The notes under the pieces were generated by a model that saw nothing but the letters and a program-made list of their open reading frames with translations, searched no databases and was not told where the DNA came from. 53,292 bases of DNA. Source: Chloroflexota bacterium (GTDB lineage Bacteria; Chloroflexota; Dehalococcoidia; SM23-28-2; RBG-16-64-32). Both the position numbers and the translations under genes were made by a program. Of the stretch, positions 18,985-28,605 are shown one piece after another. The stretch covers positions 1 to 53,292 of the forward strand of contig VBEI01000002.1 in assembly GCA_005882715.1 (NCBI GenBank), written 5' to 3'. Position 1 is the first letter of the stretch; each line of letters begins with the position of its first letter.

Positions 18985-20412
18985 TCAGGCCCCTGTCAGC
19001 TCGCGCACGGCCTCCAGCAGGGGCTGCACCTGCTCGCCCTCACGCACCTCCGTGTAGATTCGCATAAGCGGCTCTGTTCCCGAAAGCCGGATGAGCGCCC
19101 ACGCGCCACCCTCCAACAGAAAGCGCAGGCCGTCAGTGCGGTCGTAACCCGTCACCCGCAATCCGTCGATTTTAGACGGCTCAAGCGTCGTCAGGAGCCC
19201 AGCGATACGGTCGCGCTCTGCCGGCGTCATCGTAATATCGACGCGGTCATAGTAATGCGGCCCCACCTTTGCGAAAACTTCCTCGAGAAGTTCTGGCAAG
19301 CTCTTCCCACGCCGCGCCATCAAGTCGAGAATGTACAGGCCGGACAGGATGCCGTCACGCTCCGGTAAATGCCCGCGGAAGGCAAAACCGCCCGACTCCT
19401 CGCCCGCGATCAGCGCGTCCGTCTCGATCATTTTCGGCCCCAGGTATTTGAACCCGACGCCTGTTTCGTACACGGGCACGCCGTACAGCTCGCCCAAGCG
19501 GTGCACCATGCTCGTCGTCGTGACTGACTTCACGATCGGTCCGCGCAGCCCGCGCACTTCCAGCAGGTAATACGTCAGCAGCGCGAACACCCGCAACTGA
19601 TCGACGAATTCTCCCCGGTCGTCCATTACGCCGATGCGGTCAGCGTCGCCGTCTGTCGCCAGCGCAGCCTCCGCATGGGCTTGCACGATCGCCTCGCGCG
19701 TAGCCTCGAGGTTCCGCGCGATCGGCTCGGGATTGTGCATCCCCGGGAACGCCGGGTTCCGCTCAGAGCGGATCTCGATCACCTCCGTCCGCCCGCCGGA
19801 AAGCAGCTCACGCAGGTACCCCGCCCCCGCTCCGTGCATCGGGTCGACCACCACGCGCAGCCCCGCCTGACGTAGCCGCTCGATCTCAACAAGCTGTCCT
19901 AGGTGACGCAGGTAGTCCGCCCTCGGGTCGAATTTCTGCACCAACCCCTTCGCCGTTGCCTCCTCCAGCGGCATCCGCTCGACGGCGCCGTCCAGCGCCT
20001 CGGGGATCAGCGCCTCAATCTGCGACAGCACCTCCGGCGGCGCCGCGCTTGCCTGCTCCGTCCTCACCTTGAACCCCGAATATAACGCGGGGTTGTGACT
20101 CGACGTGATGACGACTCCGCCGCCCGCGTTCAGCCGGCGGATGTTGAACCCGATCACCGGCGTCGGAGCCGCTCGGTCGCAGAGCTGCACCGGCACCCCG
20201 TTCGCTGCCAGCACCTCAACCACCGCCGCCGCGAACTCCTCCGACGCGAACCGCGTATCGTAGCCCACGACAATCTCGCGCGACGCCGCGGTCGCTTCGT
20301 GGAAGTATCGGGCCGTCGCCTGAGCGCATACCCGCACATTCGCGAACGTAAACTCGTCCGCGATGATCGCCCGCCACCCGTCCGTCCCGAACTTAATTGG
20401 ACTGCCGCTCAT
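18985..20412 (-). CDS. Phosphoglucomutase/phosphomannomutase (alpha-D-phosphohexomutase)
   Basis: FGTDGWRA, ITSSHNP (catalytic Ser loop), TDGDADR, GEESGG motifs. Confidence 0.9.
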   Translation of the reverse strand: MSGSPIKFGTDGWRAIIADEFTFANVRVCAQATARYFHEATAASREIVVGYDTRFASEEFAAAVVEVLAANGVPVQLCDRAAPTPVIGFNIRRLNAGGGVVITSSHNPALYSGFKVRTEQASAAPPEVLSQIEALIPEALDGAVERMPLEEATAKGLVQKFDPRADYLRHLGQLVEIERLRQAGLRVVVDPMHGAGAGYLRELLSGGRTEVIEIRSERNPAFPGMHNPEPIARNLEATREAIVQAHAEAALATDGDADRIGVMDDRGEFVDQLRVFALLTYYLLEVRGLRGPIVKSVTTTSMVHRLGELYGVPVYETGVGFKYLGPKMIETDALIAGEESGGFAFRGHLPERDGILSGLYILDLMARRGKSLPELLEEVFAKVGPHYYDRVDITMTPAERDRIAGLLTTLEPSKIDGLRVTGYDRTDGLRFLLEGGAWALIRLSGTEPLMRIYTEVREGEQVQPLLEAVRELTGA

Positions 20413-20461
20413 CTAATGGTCATATTACGACAGACCGCATCGTCTCTACGTCCAAACAGCA

Positions 20462-21235
20462 CTACACGAAGAGGTCGTTTTGGTAGCGGACTTTCATGAG
20501 ACACAGCCCGTGGGCGGGAGCAACGACGCTTGCGGCGCCCGGGTGTGGGTCATCGAGGAGTGACACGAACTGCACCTGGGTGCGTTTTTCCGAACCAACC
20601 TCGACAAGAGCGCCCACGATGCGGCGCACCATCTGTGTCAGGAACGCGTTGGCCTCGATGTCGAAGAGCGCGAGTTCGCCTTTCCTGCGCAGTTCCGCTC
20701 GCGTCACGTGACGTTCGGTCTGACGGCGGCGAGCTTCAGAGGGCTGAGCGAAGGAGGCGAAGTCGTGCGCTCCCACCAGCCTGTGTGCCGCCTCGGCCAT
20801 CGGAGCGAGATTCAGCGTCACGCGTGGGTGCCATGCGAAGTCGCGAAGCAGGCCGGGCCGCTGATGGCCGAGATGCAGGGTGTAGCGGTACAGGCGGCTG
20901 AGGGCGTGGCGGCGGGGGTCGAACTGCAGCGGGACCTCTGCGACTGCGCGCACGCTGACGTCGAGCGGCAGAACGGCATTCGTACCGCGCCCGAAGGTGT
21001 CGAGGGGCAGGCGGCTATTGGTGTTGAAGGCAGCGACCTGCCCTTTAGCGTGCACGCCGGCGTCAGTGCGGCCGGCCAGCGCCACCCTCACGGACTCGCC
21101 TGTTAGCGTGCCGAGGGCCTGCTCGAGCGCCCCTTGAACGGTCGGTGCGTTTGCTTGCAATTGGGAGCCGGCATAGGCCGTTCCCTGGTATTCGAGGAGG
21201 AAGGCCAGGCGGCGCGGCCGGTCACTGCCTTGCAG
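20462..21235 (-). CDS. truA: tRNA pseudouridine(38-40) synthase; the start codon is uncertain
   Basis: GRTDAGVHAKGQV catalytic motif. The conserved N-terminus RRLAFLLEYQGTAYAGSQ lies upstream of the first TTG (21160). There is no ATG/GTG/TTG in frame back to the rplQ stop. The 21235 start is a tentative CTG. Confidence 0.8.
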   Translation of the reverse strand: MQGSDRPRRLAFLLEYQGTAYAGSQLQANAPTVQGALEQALGTLTGESVRVALAGRTDAGVHAKGQVAAFNTNSRLPLDTFGRGTNAVLPLDVSVRAVAEVPLQFDPRRHALSRLYRYTLHLGHQRPGLLRDFAWHPRVTLNLAPMAEAAHRLVGAHDFASFAQPSEARRRQTERHVTRAELRRKGELALFDIEANAFLTQMVRRIVGALVEVGSEKRTQVQFVSLLDDPHPGAASVVAPAHGLCLMKVRYQNDLFV

Positions 21236-21346
21236 CTGCCCGGCCGCGAGGGCTTGTTCTGGAATCAGCGTCGTGAGGTTGATTGCTCCGGCTCGGCGGC
21301 CTGCGATGTATTGGGCCGCGGGCTTCCCTCTGCTCGCGTGGTTGGG

Positions 21347-21709
21347 CTAGGCCTCTCCGACGATTAGCTCGAGCTGGGCCATGCGAGCGCCGTCGCCCTG
21401 CCGGGGGCCGAGCTTGATCATGCGGCTGTAGCCGCCGGGGCGGCTCGCATAGCGGGGGCCGAGTTCGCCGAAAACCTTCTCGACGACCTTCTTGTCGTAG
21501 ACGAAGCCCATCGCACGGCGGCGTGCGGGCAGGTCACCGCGTTTGCCGAGGGTGATTACACGCTCCGCCAGACCACGGACCTCCCGCGCCTTGGCCTCGG
21601 TGGTGATGATCTTCTCGTAGCGGAGCAGGTCCGTCACAAGGTTGCGAAAGAGCGCCAGGCGATGGTCGGTGGCACGGCCGAGCTTGCGGCCGTCGATGCG
21701 GTGGGCCAA
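21347..21709 (-). CDS. rplQ: 50S ribosomal protein L17
   Basis: GRKLGRATDHRLALFRNL..; conserved position after rpoA. Confidence 0.95.
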   Translation of the reverse strand: MAHRIDGRKLGRATDHRLALFRNLVTDLLRYEKIITTEAKAREVRGLAERVITLGKRGDLPARRRAMGFVYDKKVVEKVFGELGPRYASRPGGYSRMIKLGPRQGDGARMAQLELIVGEA

Positions 21710-21715
21710 GGCTAG

Positions 21716-23002
21716 TTACTCCTTGGCCTCGTTGGTGTCTTCAGTCAGCTGACGAAGTTGGCGCTTCCAATCGGGCTCTTCTTCCTCCTCGCCTTCATCC
21801 AGCGCTTCAGGCTCCGGCTTCGCCTTGGCCTTGCCGGTCTTCTTGCGGCCGACTGGCGCAGGTTCGATGGATGGAAGCGCCGCGGGCGCCTTGAGCTCCG
21901 GCTGTGGCTGGGACGGAGCCTCGGGCGGCTGCGGAGGAATGATCGGCGTCTCTTCGGCGGTAAGCGGCGGCGCTTCGACCAGCTCTTCGCCGCGATCGAT
22001 GGGGAGGAGGCCGAGCTCATCGAGTTTCTCGCGTAACTCGTCGTAGGACTTGCGGCCGAAGTTGCGGAGTGCCAGCAGCTCTTCTTCGCTTTTTTCGAGC
22101 ACTTGGGCAATGGTGATGAGGCCGCTGCGCCTCAGGCAGTTGTAAGCGCGCATCGAGAGGTTGAGGTCCTCAATGGGCATGCCGTATTTATCGGGCGGGA
22201 GCTGAATACCGGCGCCGAGCCCACGCTCGACGATGGGCAGGGCGGGGCGGCCCATGTGCGAGAAGAGCCGGAACTGGTCGATGACGACGTCGGCGCTGCG
22301 GCTGACCGCCTCGACGGCACTGACCGTGCCGTCGGTCCAGACCTCGAGGGTGAGCTTATCGTAGTTCGTCGCCTGACCCACCCGTGTACTGGTGACCTTG
22401 TAGTTGACCTTGCGCACCGGCGAGAAGATGGAGTCAACGGGGATTACGCCGATAGTCGCGCCGTCCACCTGGCCGGCGGGCGCGTAACCGCGGCCCTGCT
22501 CGACGTTGAACTCGACGTAGAGCCTGCCGTCCGGCGAGTCCACGCTGGCCAGATAGAGGTCTTCGTTCACAATTTCGTAGTGTTCTGGCACCTGGAGATC
22601 GGCGGCGATGATTGGCCCCTCGCGGCCGCTGATGTCAAGGATGAGCGTGCCGGGCCGATCGGATAGGGCGCGCAGCCGCAACTCCTTGACGTTGAGCAGG
22701 AACTCAATGGTGTCTTCTCTGACGTTCGGGATCGTCGAGAATTCGTGGAGGACGCCATCGATGCGGACGGAGGTGACAGCAGCCCCTGTGAGCGAACTTA
22801 AGAGTACTCGGCGAAGAGCGTTGCCGAGGGTTATCCCGAAGCCGGGCGGCAGCGGCGCCGCGACGATTCGCGCGTAATCGCCGATATCGCTCGTCTCTTC
22901 GACATCGATGGTGGGCTCTTCACTGGGCTGTTGAAGCGGTTGAGGCGCGAGCGGAGTGGACGCCGGGGACCCGGACCTCCGATAAAGCTGGGATTCTAAC
23001 AT
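21716..23002 (-). CDS. rpoA: DNA-directed RNA polymerase alpha subunit with N- and C-terminal extensions
   Basis: GFGITLGNALRRVLLSS, alpha-CTD LNLSMRAYNCLRR..NFGRKSYDEL. ATG at 23002 has an AAGGAAGG RBS. 428 aa versus about 330 typical. Confidence 0.95.
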   Translation of the reverse strand: MLESQLYRRSGSPASTPLAPQPLQQPSEEPTIDVEETSDIGDYARIVAAPLPPGFGITLGNALRRVLLSSLTGAAVTSVRIDGVLHEFSTIPNVREDTIEFLLNVKELRLRALSDRPGTLILDISGREGPIIAADLQVPEHYEIVNEDLYLASVDSPDGRLYVEFNVEQGRGYAPAGQVDGATIGVIPVDSIFSPVRKVNYKVTSTRVGQATNYDKLTLEVWTDGTVSAVEAVSRSADVVIDQFRLFSHMGRPALPIVERGLGAGIQLPPDKYGMPIEDLNLSMRAYNCLRRSGLITIAQVLEKSEEELLALRNFGRKSYDELREKLDELGLLPIDRGEELVEAPPLTAEETPIIPPQPPEAPSQPQPELKAPAALPSIEPAPVGRKKTGKAKAKPEPEALDEGEEEEEPDWKRQLRQLTEDTNEAKE

Positions 23003-23011
23003 GACCTTCCT

Positions 23012-23638
23012 TTAGCGCGAGTAGTACTCGACTATCGTCGCTACGTTGAACTTGGGGCCGATTTCTTCGACTTCCGGCAGAGCCAGGACGCGCCCTGTCA
23101 AATCGCGAGCGTCCAGGCTGAGCCAGGATGGAATGCTTTTGCTTGCTATCTGCTCGCTCACCATCTTGAAATACTCGCTCTTCTTGCCGCGGCCGGTGAG
23201 ACTCACAACGTCGTTGGGTTTGAGCACGTGGGATGGGATGGCGGACTTTCGCTCATTCACTGCTATATGGCCGTGAAGTACGAGCTGGCGCGCCTGCTGG
23301 CGCGAGTCGGCGAAGCCGAGGCGATAGGCTACGTTGTCGAGCCGGAGCTCGAGCGTACGCAAGAGCGTTTCGCCCGTCACACCGTGCCGCTTGGCTGCGA
23401 TTTCGTAGTACTTGTTGAATTGCCGCTCGAGGATCCCGTAGATCGCGCGGGCGCGCTGCTTCTCGCGCAGCTGAAGGCCGCGATCAGAGACCTTGCGGCG
23501 GCGCGTGGAGCGCTGGCCCGGGGGATAGGGACGCTTCTCGAACGGGCATTTAGGCGTGAAGCATTTCTCGCCCTTGAGGTACAGTTTGTCCCCGAGGCGG
23601 CGACATAGACGGCAAACAGGACCGGTATAGCGGGCCAT
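23012..23638 (-). CDS. rpsD: 30S ribosomal protein S4 (Cys4 form)
   Basis: MARYTGPVCRLCRR..KCFTPKCP. ATG at 23638 inside the longer ORF. Confidence 0.95.
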   Translation of the reverse strand: MARYTGPVCRLCRRLGDKLYLKGEKCFTPKCPFEKRPYPPGQRSTRRRKVSDRGLQLREKQRARAIYGILERQFNKYYEIAAKRHGVTGETLLRTLELRLDNVAYRLGFADSRQQARQLVLHGHIAVNERKSAIPSHVLKPNDVVSLTGRGKKSEYFKMVSEQIASKSIPSWLSLDARDLTGRVLALPEVEEIGPKFNVATIVEYYSR

Positions 23639-23646
23639 AAACTCTC

Positions 23647-24036
23647 CTACACGCGACGGCGTTTGGGCGGGCGGCAACCGTTGTGGGGCATAGGCGTGAC
23701 ATCGCGGATGTTGGTGACCTGGAGCCCGGCCGACTGCAAGGAGCGAATCGCTGCTTCGCGTCCGCTGCCGGGGCCCTTGATGCGCACTTCGACCTGCCTG
23801 AGACCGTGCTCCATCGCCCGGCGAGCGGCGGCCTCGGCGGCGAGTCCGGCCGCATAAGGGGTGCTCTTGCGAGAGCCCTTGAAGCCGGCGGTGCCCGCGG
23901 AGGCCCAGGACAGGACGGCGCCGTTGGGGTCTGTCAAGGTGATCGTCGTATTGTTGAAGGTGGAGGCGATGTAGGCGCGCCCAACGGGTACGTTCTTCTT
24001 CTCCCTCCTTCTTGTGCGTGTCTTGCGTTCTGCCAC
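23647..24036 (-). CDS. rpsK: 30S ribosomal protein S11
   Basis: [30 protein letters not shown] at 24036 lies after a GAGGA RBS and just downstream of the rpsM stop. Confidence 0.93.
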   Translation of the reverse strand: MAERKTRTRRREKKNVPVGRAYIASTFNNTTITLTDPNGAVLSWASAGTAGFKGSRKSTPYAAGLAAEAAARRAMEHGLRQVEVRIKGPGSGREAAIRSLQSAGLQVTNIRDVTPMPHNGCRPPKRRRV

Positions 24037-24049
24037 AGGCCTTAATTCC

Positions 24050-24433
24050 TCACTTCTTAGCAATTGCGCGGCGGCGGCCGGCGACCGTCCGGCGCGGGCC
24101 ACGCTTGGTTCTCGCGTTGGTCCTTGTACGCTGACCGCGGGCGGGCAGGCCGCGACGGTGACGGATGCCGCGGTAGCTGCCGATTTCGATCAGCCGCTGA
24201 ATGTCCTGTCGCACCTGCTTGCGAAGCTCGCCTTCGACGGTGTAGTTCTTGTCGATGTACTCGCGAATGCGGGCTACTTCGTCGTCGGTGAGGTCGCGCA
24301 CCTTTGTTTCGAGCGGAACGTTGGCGGCCGAGCAGATCTTGTGAGCAGTCGGGCGGCCGATGCCGAAGATATAACTCAGCGAGATCTCGACTCTCTTCTC
24401 ACGCGGAATATCGACGCCGGCGATACGCGCCAA
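24050..24433 (-). CDS. rpsM: 30S ribosomal protein S13
   Basis: [26 protein letters not shown]. Confidence 0.96.
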   Translation of the reverse strand: MARIAGVDIPREKRVEISLSYIFGIGRPTAHKICSAANVPLETKVRDLTDDEVARIREYIDKNYTVEGELRKQVRQDIQRLIEIGSYRGIRHRRGLPARGQRTRTNARTKRGPRRTVAGRRRAIAKK

Positions 24434-24436
24434 GGA

Positions 24437-24550
24437 CTAGCCCTGCCTCTGCTTGTGGCGCGGGTTGGAGCAGATGATGCGCACGACGCCATGGCGGCGT
24501 ACGACCTTGCACTTTTCGCAGCGTTTTCTGACTGAAGCCTGGACTTTCAT
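24437..24550 (-). CDS. rpmJ: 50S ribosomal protein L36 (37 aa; not in the ORF track)
   Basis: Hand translation gives [37 protein letters not shown], between infA and rpsM. Confidence 0.93.
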   Translation of the reverse strand: MKVQASVRKRCEKCKVVRRHGVVRIICSNPRHKQRQG

Positions 24551-24554
24551 TTGC

Positions 24555-24773
24555 CTACCTGAAACGATAAGTAATCCTGCCCCGGGTCAGGTCATAGGGA
24601 GACAATTCCACCAGTACCTTGTCTCCGGGGAGGATCCTGATAAAGTGCATCCGAATTTTTCCGGACGCATGGGCCAGAACTCTGTGCCCATTTGCCAATT
24701 CTACACGAAACATCGCGTTTGGCAAATTCTCTTTTACCGTGCCTTCAACCTCAATCGACTCTTTTTTCGCCAT
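24555..24773 (-). CDS. infA: Translation initiation factor IF-1
   Basis: [39 protein letters not shown]. Confidence 0.96.
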   Translation of the reverse strand: MAKKESIEVEGTVKENLPNAMFRVELANGHRVLAHASGKIRMHFIRILPGDKVLVELSPYDLTRGRITYRFR

Positions 24774-24822
24774 TCAGCGGGTAGTTTCCATCACCTCCCG
24801 GATTCGGCCATCCAAAAGAGAT

Positions 24823-24851
24823 ATTCTACTGAATGGGGAGAGTTGGGGCAA
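24823..24851 (-). promoter_or_regulatory. Candidate sigma-70 promoter for infA (TTGCCC-17 nt-TAGAAT)
   Basis: Minus-strand reading is TTGCCCcaactctccccattcagTAGAAT, about 45 nt upstream of the infA ATG, which has a GGGAGGTG RBS. Confidence 0.45.
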
Positions 24852-25074
24852 CGGGTAGCAGCGAGGCGGAGCTGCGCTCGGCCATCCCGGACGGAGGTGG
24901 GGGACACCCCCCACACCCCCGGCCTGCGGCGCCTCGCTAGGCTTTGCGGGCGATCCGAAGCGTTGCGCTACCGCTGTTTGGCGAAGCCAGAGATTCCCTC
25001 CTGCGGCGGCTGGGCCTTCGCCAGCTCCCCGCTGCCGCCCGCCCCACCCCGCAAGCTCGGAATGATAGGGTGCG

Positions 25075-25830
25075 CTAAGGCAGCGTGAGGACTTCGGCTT
25101 CGCCGTCTGTGATGGCGAGGGTGTGCTCGAAGTGGGCGGAGAGGCTGCCGTCGAGGGTGCGGACGGTCCAGTTGTCGGCGTCGCGCTTGGTGCGCCAGTC
25201 ACCGACGTTGACCATGGGCTCGATCGCGATGACCATGCCGGGCCGGAGCACGGGGCCTGAGTCGGGGGTGCCATAGTTGGGGATTTGCGGGTCTTCGTGC
25301 ATCTGGCGGCCGACGCCGTGGCCGACGTATTCGCGGACGACGGAAAAGCCCTCCCCTTCGACCCAGGCCTGGATGGCGGCGCCGATCTCGCCGATGCGAG
25401 CGCCGCCACGGGAGGCGGCAATTCCTCGCCAGAGCGCATCGCGGGTGACATCGATCAGCTTTTGGGCCTGAGGCGCGAGTGTTCCGGCGCCGACCGTGAC
25501 CGCCATGTCGGCGACGAAGCCTTTGTGAGTGCAGCCGATGTCGATGCTAACGACGTCGCCTTCCGCTATTTCCCGGTCGCCGGGAATGCCATGGACGATC
25601 TCGTCGTTCACGGACACACAGATCGCGGCCGGATACGGCGGCTCCCCGTAGTTGAAGAACGTGGGAACGACGCCCCGTTTCTTGAACTCTCGGCGCGCAA
25701 TCTCGTCAAGCTCCCTCTCAATCACTCCCGGACGCACATGGCTCACGACGATTTCGAGAGTCTCCGCCAGGATGCGTCCGGCTTCCCGCATAAGTCCGAT
25801 TTCATCGCGGGACTTGACGATTATCGGCAC
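25075..25830 (-). CDS. map: Type I methionine aminopeptidase
   Basis: FKGFVADMAVT, GHGVGRQMHE, IEPM motifs. GTG start at 25830. Confidence 0.95.
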   Translation of the reverse strand: MPIIVKSRDEIGLMREAGRILAETLEIVVSHVRPGVIERELDEIARREFKKRGVVPTFFNYGEPPYPAAICVSVNDEIVHGIPGDREIAEGDVVSIDIGCTHKGFVADMAVTVGAGTLAPQAQKLIDVTRDALWRGIAASRGGARIGEIGAAIQAWVEGEGFSVVREYVGHGVGRQMHEDPQIPNYGTPDSGPVLRPGMVIAIEPMVNVGDWRTKRDADNWTVRTLDGSLSAHFEHTLAITDGEAEVLTLP

Positions 25831-26480
25831 TAGTGCTCCCCCTCGAGGCAGGCACGCACGGCGCGAGTGACATCTTCGACATCACCCTCACCGGGGGCCT
25901 CGCAGAGTTTTCCCTGCGCGCGATAGTAATCGAGCAGCGGTTCGAGGTTCTTAAGATTGACCTCGAGCCGCGTTCGTACCGCGTCGGGTCTGTCGTCCTT
26001 ACGCTGCTCCAGCTGGAAGCCGCAGTTATCGCACACGCCCGGTGTCTTAGGCGGCAGGCTGATCTCGTTGTAGACGGCGCCACAGTTCGGGCAGCTCCAG
26101 CGCCCGGACAGACGGCGGACGAGTTTGCCAGTGGCGACGGAAATGTAGATCGCGCGATCGATGCGCTTGCCGTCTCCGGCCAATGCTTCGTCGAGGGCGC
26201 GCGCCTGCTCGAGGTTTCGAGGGAAGCCGTCGAGCATGCAACCGCGCGCGCAATCGGGCTGTGAAATGCGGTCGAGCAGCATGCCGATCGTGATCTCGTC
26301 GGGGACGAGCCGGCCGCTTTCAACGAACGGCTGGGCTTTCTTGCCAAGCGCCGTGCCGAGACGGATGTTCTCGCGAAAGAGCTCTCCGGTGGTGACATGG
26401 GCGAGGCCGGTCTCGTTTTTGAGCAACGCCGCCTGGGTGCCCTTGCCGGCGCCCGGCAGGCCAAGGAGGATTACGTACAA
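25830..26480 (-). CDS. adk: Adenylate kinase (Zn-lid form)
   Basis: ILLGLPGAGKGTQA P-loop. Lid is CPNCGAVY..CDNCG. TTG start at 26480 lies just after the secY stop. Confidence 0.93.
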   Translation of the reverse strand: MYVILLGLPGAGKGTQAALLKNETGLAHVTTGELFRENIRLGTALGKKAQPFVESGRLVPDEITIGMLLDRISQPDCARGCMLDGFPRNLEQARALDEALAGDGKRIDRAIYISVATGKLVRRLSGRWSCPNCGAVYNEISLPPKTPGVCDNCGFQLEQRKDDRPDAVRTRLEVNLKNLEPLLDYYRAQGKLCEAPGEGDVEDVTRAVRACLEGEH

Positions 26481-26487
26481 CGGATGC

Positions 26488-27864
26488 CTAGCGGATGAAG
26501 CCTTCGTACTGGCGCATGAGCAGCTGGGCTTCGATCTGGCGGAGGGTGTCAAGAATGACGCCGACGACGATGATGAGACCGCTTGTCGTTATGCCAAGCG
26601 CGGTCTGACGGCCGCTCGTCGTACCGGCCCCCACAAGATGAGACGTGATGAAGGGGGCGACGGCGACGATGCCCAAGAAGAAGGCGCCGCCCCATGTGAT
26701 ACGCAGAAGGACGCGGTTGATGTAGTCCTCGGTCGGGCGCCCGGGACGGATTCCCGGGATGAACCCGCCCTGTCTCTGGAGGTTCTCCGCGAGATTTTGT
26801 TGCTGAAAGACGACGAGGGTATAGAAGAACGTGAACACGACGACGGTGACGAAGACGAAGGCCCAATACCAGACGTTACCGGGGTTGAAAGAGTTCTTGA
26901 GGAATTCCCCGGTGTTCGCCAGAAGGCTGTTGTCCGAGCTTTCCAGAGCGCTGCCTACGAAGGCCGGCATGATCACGATGGAGAATGCGAAGATGAGGGG
27001 AATCATCCCGGTGCTATTCACGCGCAAAGGGATATGTGTCTGACCGGACTGGCGGTACATGCGGCCTGAGCGAAAGACGCTCCGTGAGTACTGTACGGGG
27101 ATGCGGCGCTGCGCTTCCTGAAAAGTGACGATGAAGGCGACTAGGCCGACGATCATGATCGTGAGGAAGAAGGTGGCGGTGACGCCCTCGCCGGTACCGG
27201 TGTACAACCGCCCGCCGATGAACTGCGGCAGGCCGGCGATGATGCCGGCGAAGATGATGATCGAGATGCCGTTGCCGACTCCCTTCTCGCTGATCAGCTC
27301 GCCGAGCCAAACAAGAAACATCGTGCCGGCGGTCATCGTAATGATCGCGGAGAGCGTGGGTAAGGCGTCGGGGCCGGAAAGCGATGGCTGGGGGATGGCG
27401 CCCGGCGCAATGCTCTGGACGATGATGAGCTGCCCGTAGCCCTGCACGAAGGCCATAGGCACGGTCATCCAGTGCGTGTAGATGTTTAGCTGCTTGCGGC
27501 CCTGCTCGCCCTCCTTGGAGAGCGCCTGGAGGGCAGGCACGAGCGGCACCATCAGCTGCATGACGATCGACGAGGTTATGTAGGGATAGACACCCATCGC
27601 GACGACGCTCATGTGTGATAGCGCGCCCCCGCTAAAGATATTCATGAAACCGAGGACGGTGCTCTGCTTGAAGGCCTCATCGAGCTTCGACGGATCCACT
27701 CCCGGGACGGGGACATTGGAAACGAACCGGAAGATCACGATTAACCCGAACGTGAAGAGCAGCTTCTCGCGGATGTCCGGTTGGGCCATCGCGCTGATGG
27801 CCGCCTGAAGGAGCTGCGGACGCTGTGTCTGCTGCTGTCTACCCGCCGCTGCCATCGTCTTCAC
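26488..27864 (-). CDS. secY: Preprotein translocase subunit SecY
   Basis: Ten-TM pattern; IREKLLFTFGLIVIFR..GALSHMSVVAMGVYPYITSSI. The start is uncertain within the first 10 codons. Confidence 0.95.
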   Translation of the reverse strand: MKTMAAAGRQQQTQRPQLLQAAISAMAQPDIREKLLFTFGLIVIFRFVSNVPVPGVDPSKLDEAFKQSTVLGFMNIFSGGALSHMSVVAMGVYPYITSSIVMQLMVPLVPALQALSKEGEQGRKQLNIYTHWMTVPMAFVQGYGQLIIVQSIAPGAIPQPSLSGPDALPTLSAIITMTAGTMFLVWLGELISEKGVGNGISIIIFAGIIAGLPQFIGGRLYTGTGEGVTATFFLTIMIVGLVAFIVTFQEAQRRIPVQYSRSVFRSGRMYRQSGQTHIPLRVNSTGMIPLIFAFSIVIMPAFVGSALESSDNSLLANTGEFLKNSFNPGNVWYWAFVFVTVVVFTFFYTLVVFQQQNLAENLQRQGGFIPGIRPGRPTEDYINRVLLRITWGGAFFLGIVAVAPFITSHLVGAGTTSGRQTALGITTSGLIIVVGVILDTLRQIEAQLLMRQYEGFIR

Positions 27865-28414
27865 CTTCGGGTGCGTCCTCGCCGGCTGGCGCTTGGGAAG
27901 CCTGGGACGCGTCTTCGTACTTATCGTTCGGGACGGAACCGCGGTCGTGAGGTTTTTTCTTCTTGCGTTCGCCCAGTTCGACGACGGTCCCGCCCGCTGC
28001 CTCGATCTTTTCTCTGGCGTTGATCGAAAAACTGTGAGCGTGTACGGTGAGCTTCTTGGTCAGATCGCCGGCGGCGAGGACCTTGACAGGCTTCCTCAGA
28101 CTGCGGAGGATACCCTTTTCCTTCAGGAGCTGGGGAGTGACCTCAGAGTCTTTGTCGAAGCGCTCGAGGACGATCAGGTTGACTGCCTGGTACTCTACGC
28201 GGAAGGGGTTCGTAAAGCCGCGGCGGAAGGGGAGCTTCTTGAAGAGCCGTGTCTGGCCGCCCTCGAAGAAACGGCGGGGCTTGTTGCCCGCTCGCGCCTT
28301 TTGACCCTTCAGGCCACGCCCGGCAAAGGTACCCTGGCCGGCGGCGTTGCCGCGGCCGACGCGCTTGCGGGCATGCCTCGCCCCCGGTGGGGGTTTCAAC
28401 TGGTGGGCTTGCAT
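27839..28414 (-). CDS. rplO: 50S ribosomal protein L15 with an acidic C-terminal extension
   Basis: GARHARKRVGRGNAAGQGTFAGRGLKGQKAR. Tail is KKKKPHDRG..APEGEDDGSGG. Confidence 0.95.
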   Translation of the reverse strand: MQAHQLKPPPGARHARKRVGRGNAAGQGTFAGRGLKGQKARAGNKPRRFFEGGQTRLFKKLPFRRGFTNPFRVEYQAVNLIVLERFDKDSEVTPQLLKEKGILRSLRKPVKVLAAGDLTKKLTVHAHSFSINAREKIEAAGGTVVELGERKKKKPHDRGSVPNDKYEDASQASQAPAGEDAPEGEDDGSGG

Positions 28415-28605
28415 CAGTCCTGGGGGATCTCAGTCACCTCGACGAGGTGACGAACCTTTGTAATCATACCACGCAGGGGGCGGCTATCTTCCCGCTCAAC
28501 GCTCTGGCCAAGGCGCTTGAGTCCGAGCGCCTCGATCGTTCGTTTCTGGTTGTTTTGGTATCCAATCGCGCTCTTCTTCCAGGTGATACGAACCTTAGCC
28601 GCCAA
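28414..28605 (-). CDS. rpmD: 50S ribosomal protein L30
   Basis: TTG at 28605 gives [34 protein letters not shown]. The longer ORF overlaps rpsE. Confidence 0.9.
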   Translation of the reverse strand: MAAKVRITWKKSAIGYQNNQKRTIEALGLKRLGQSVEREDSRPLRGMITKVRHLVEVTEIPQD

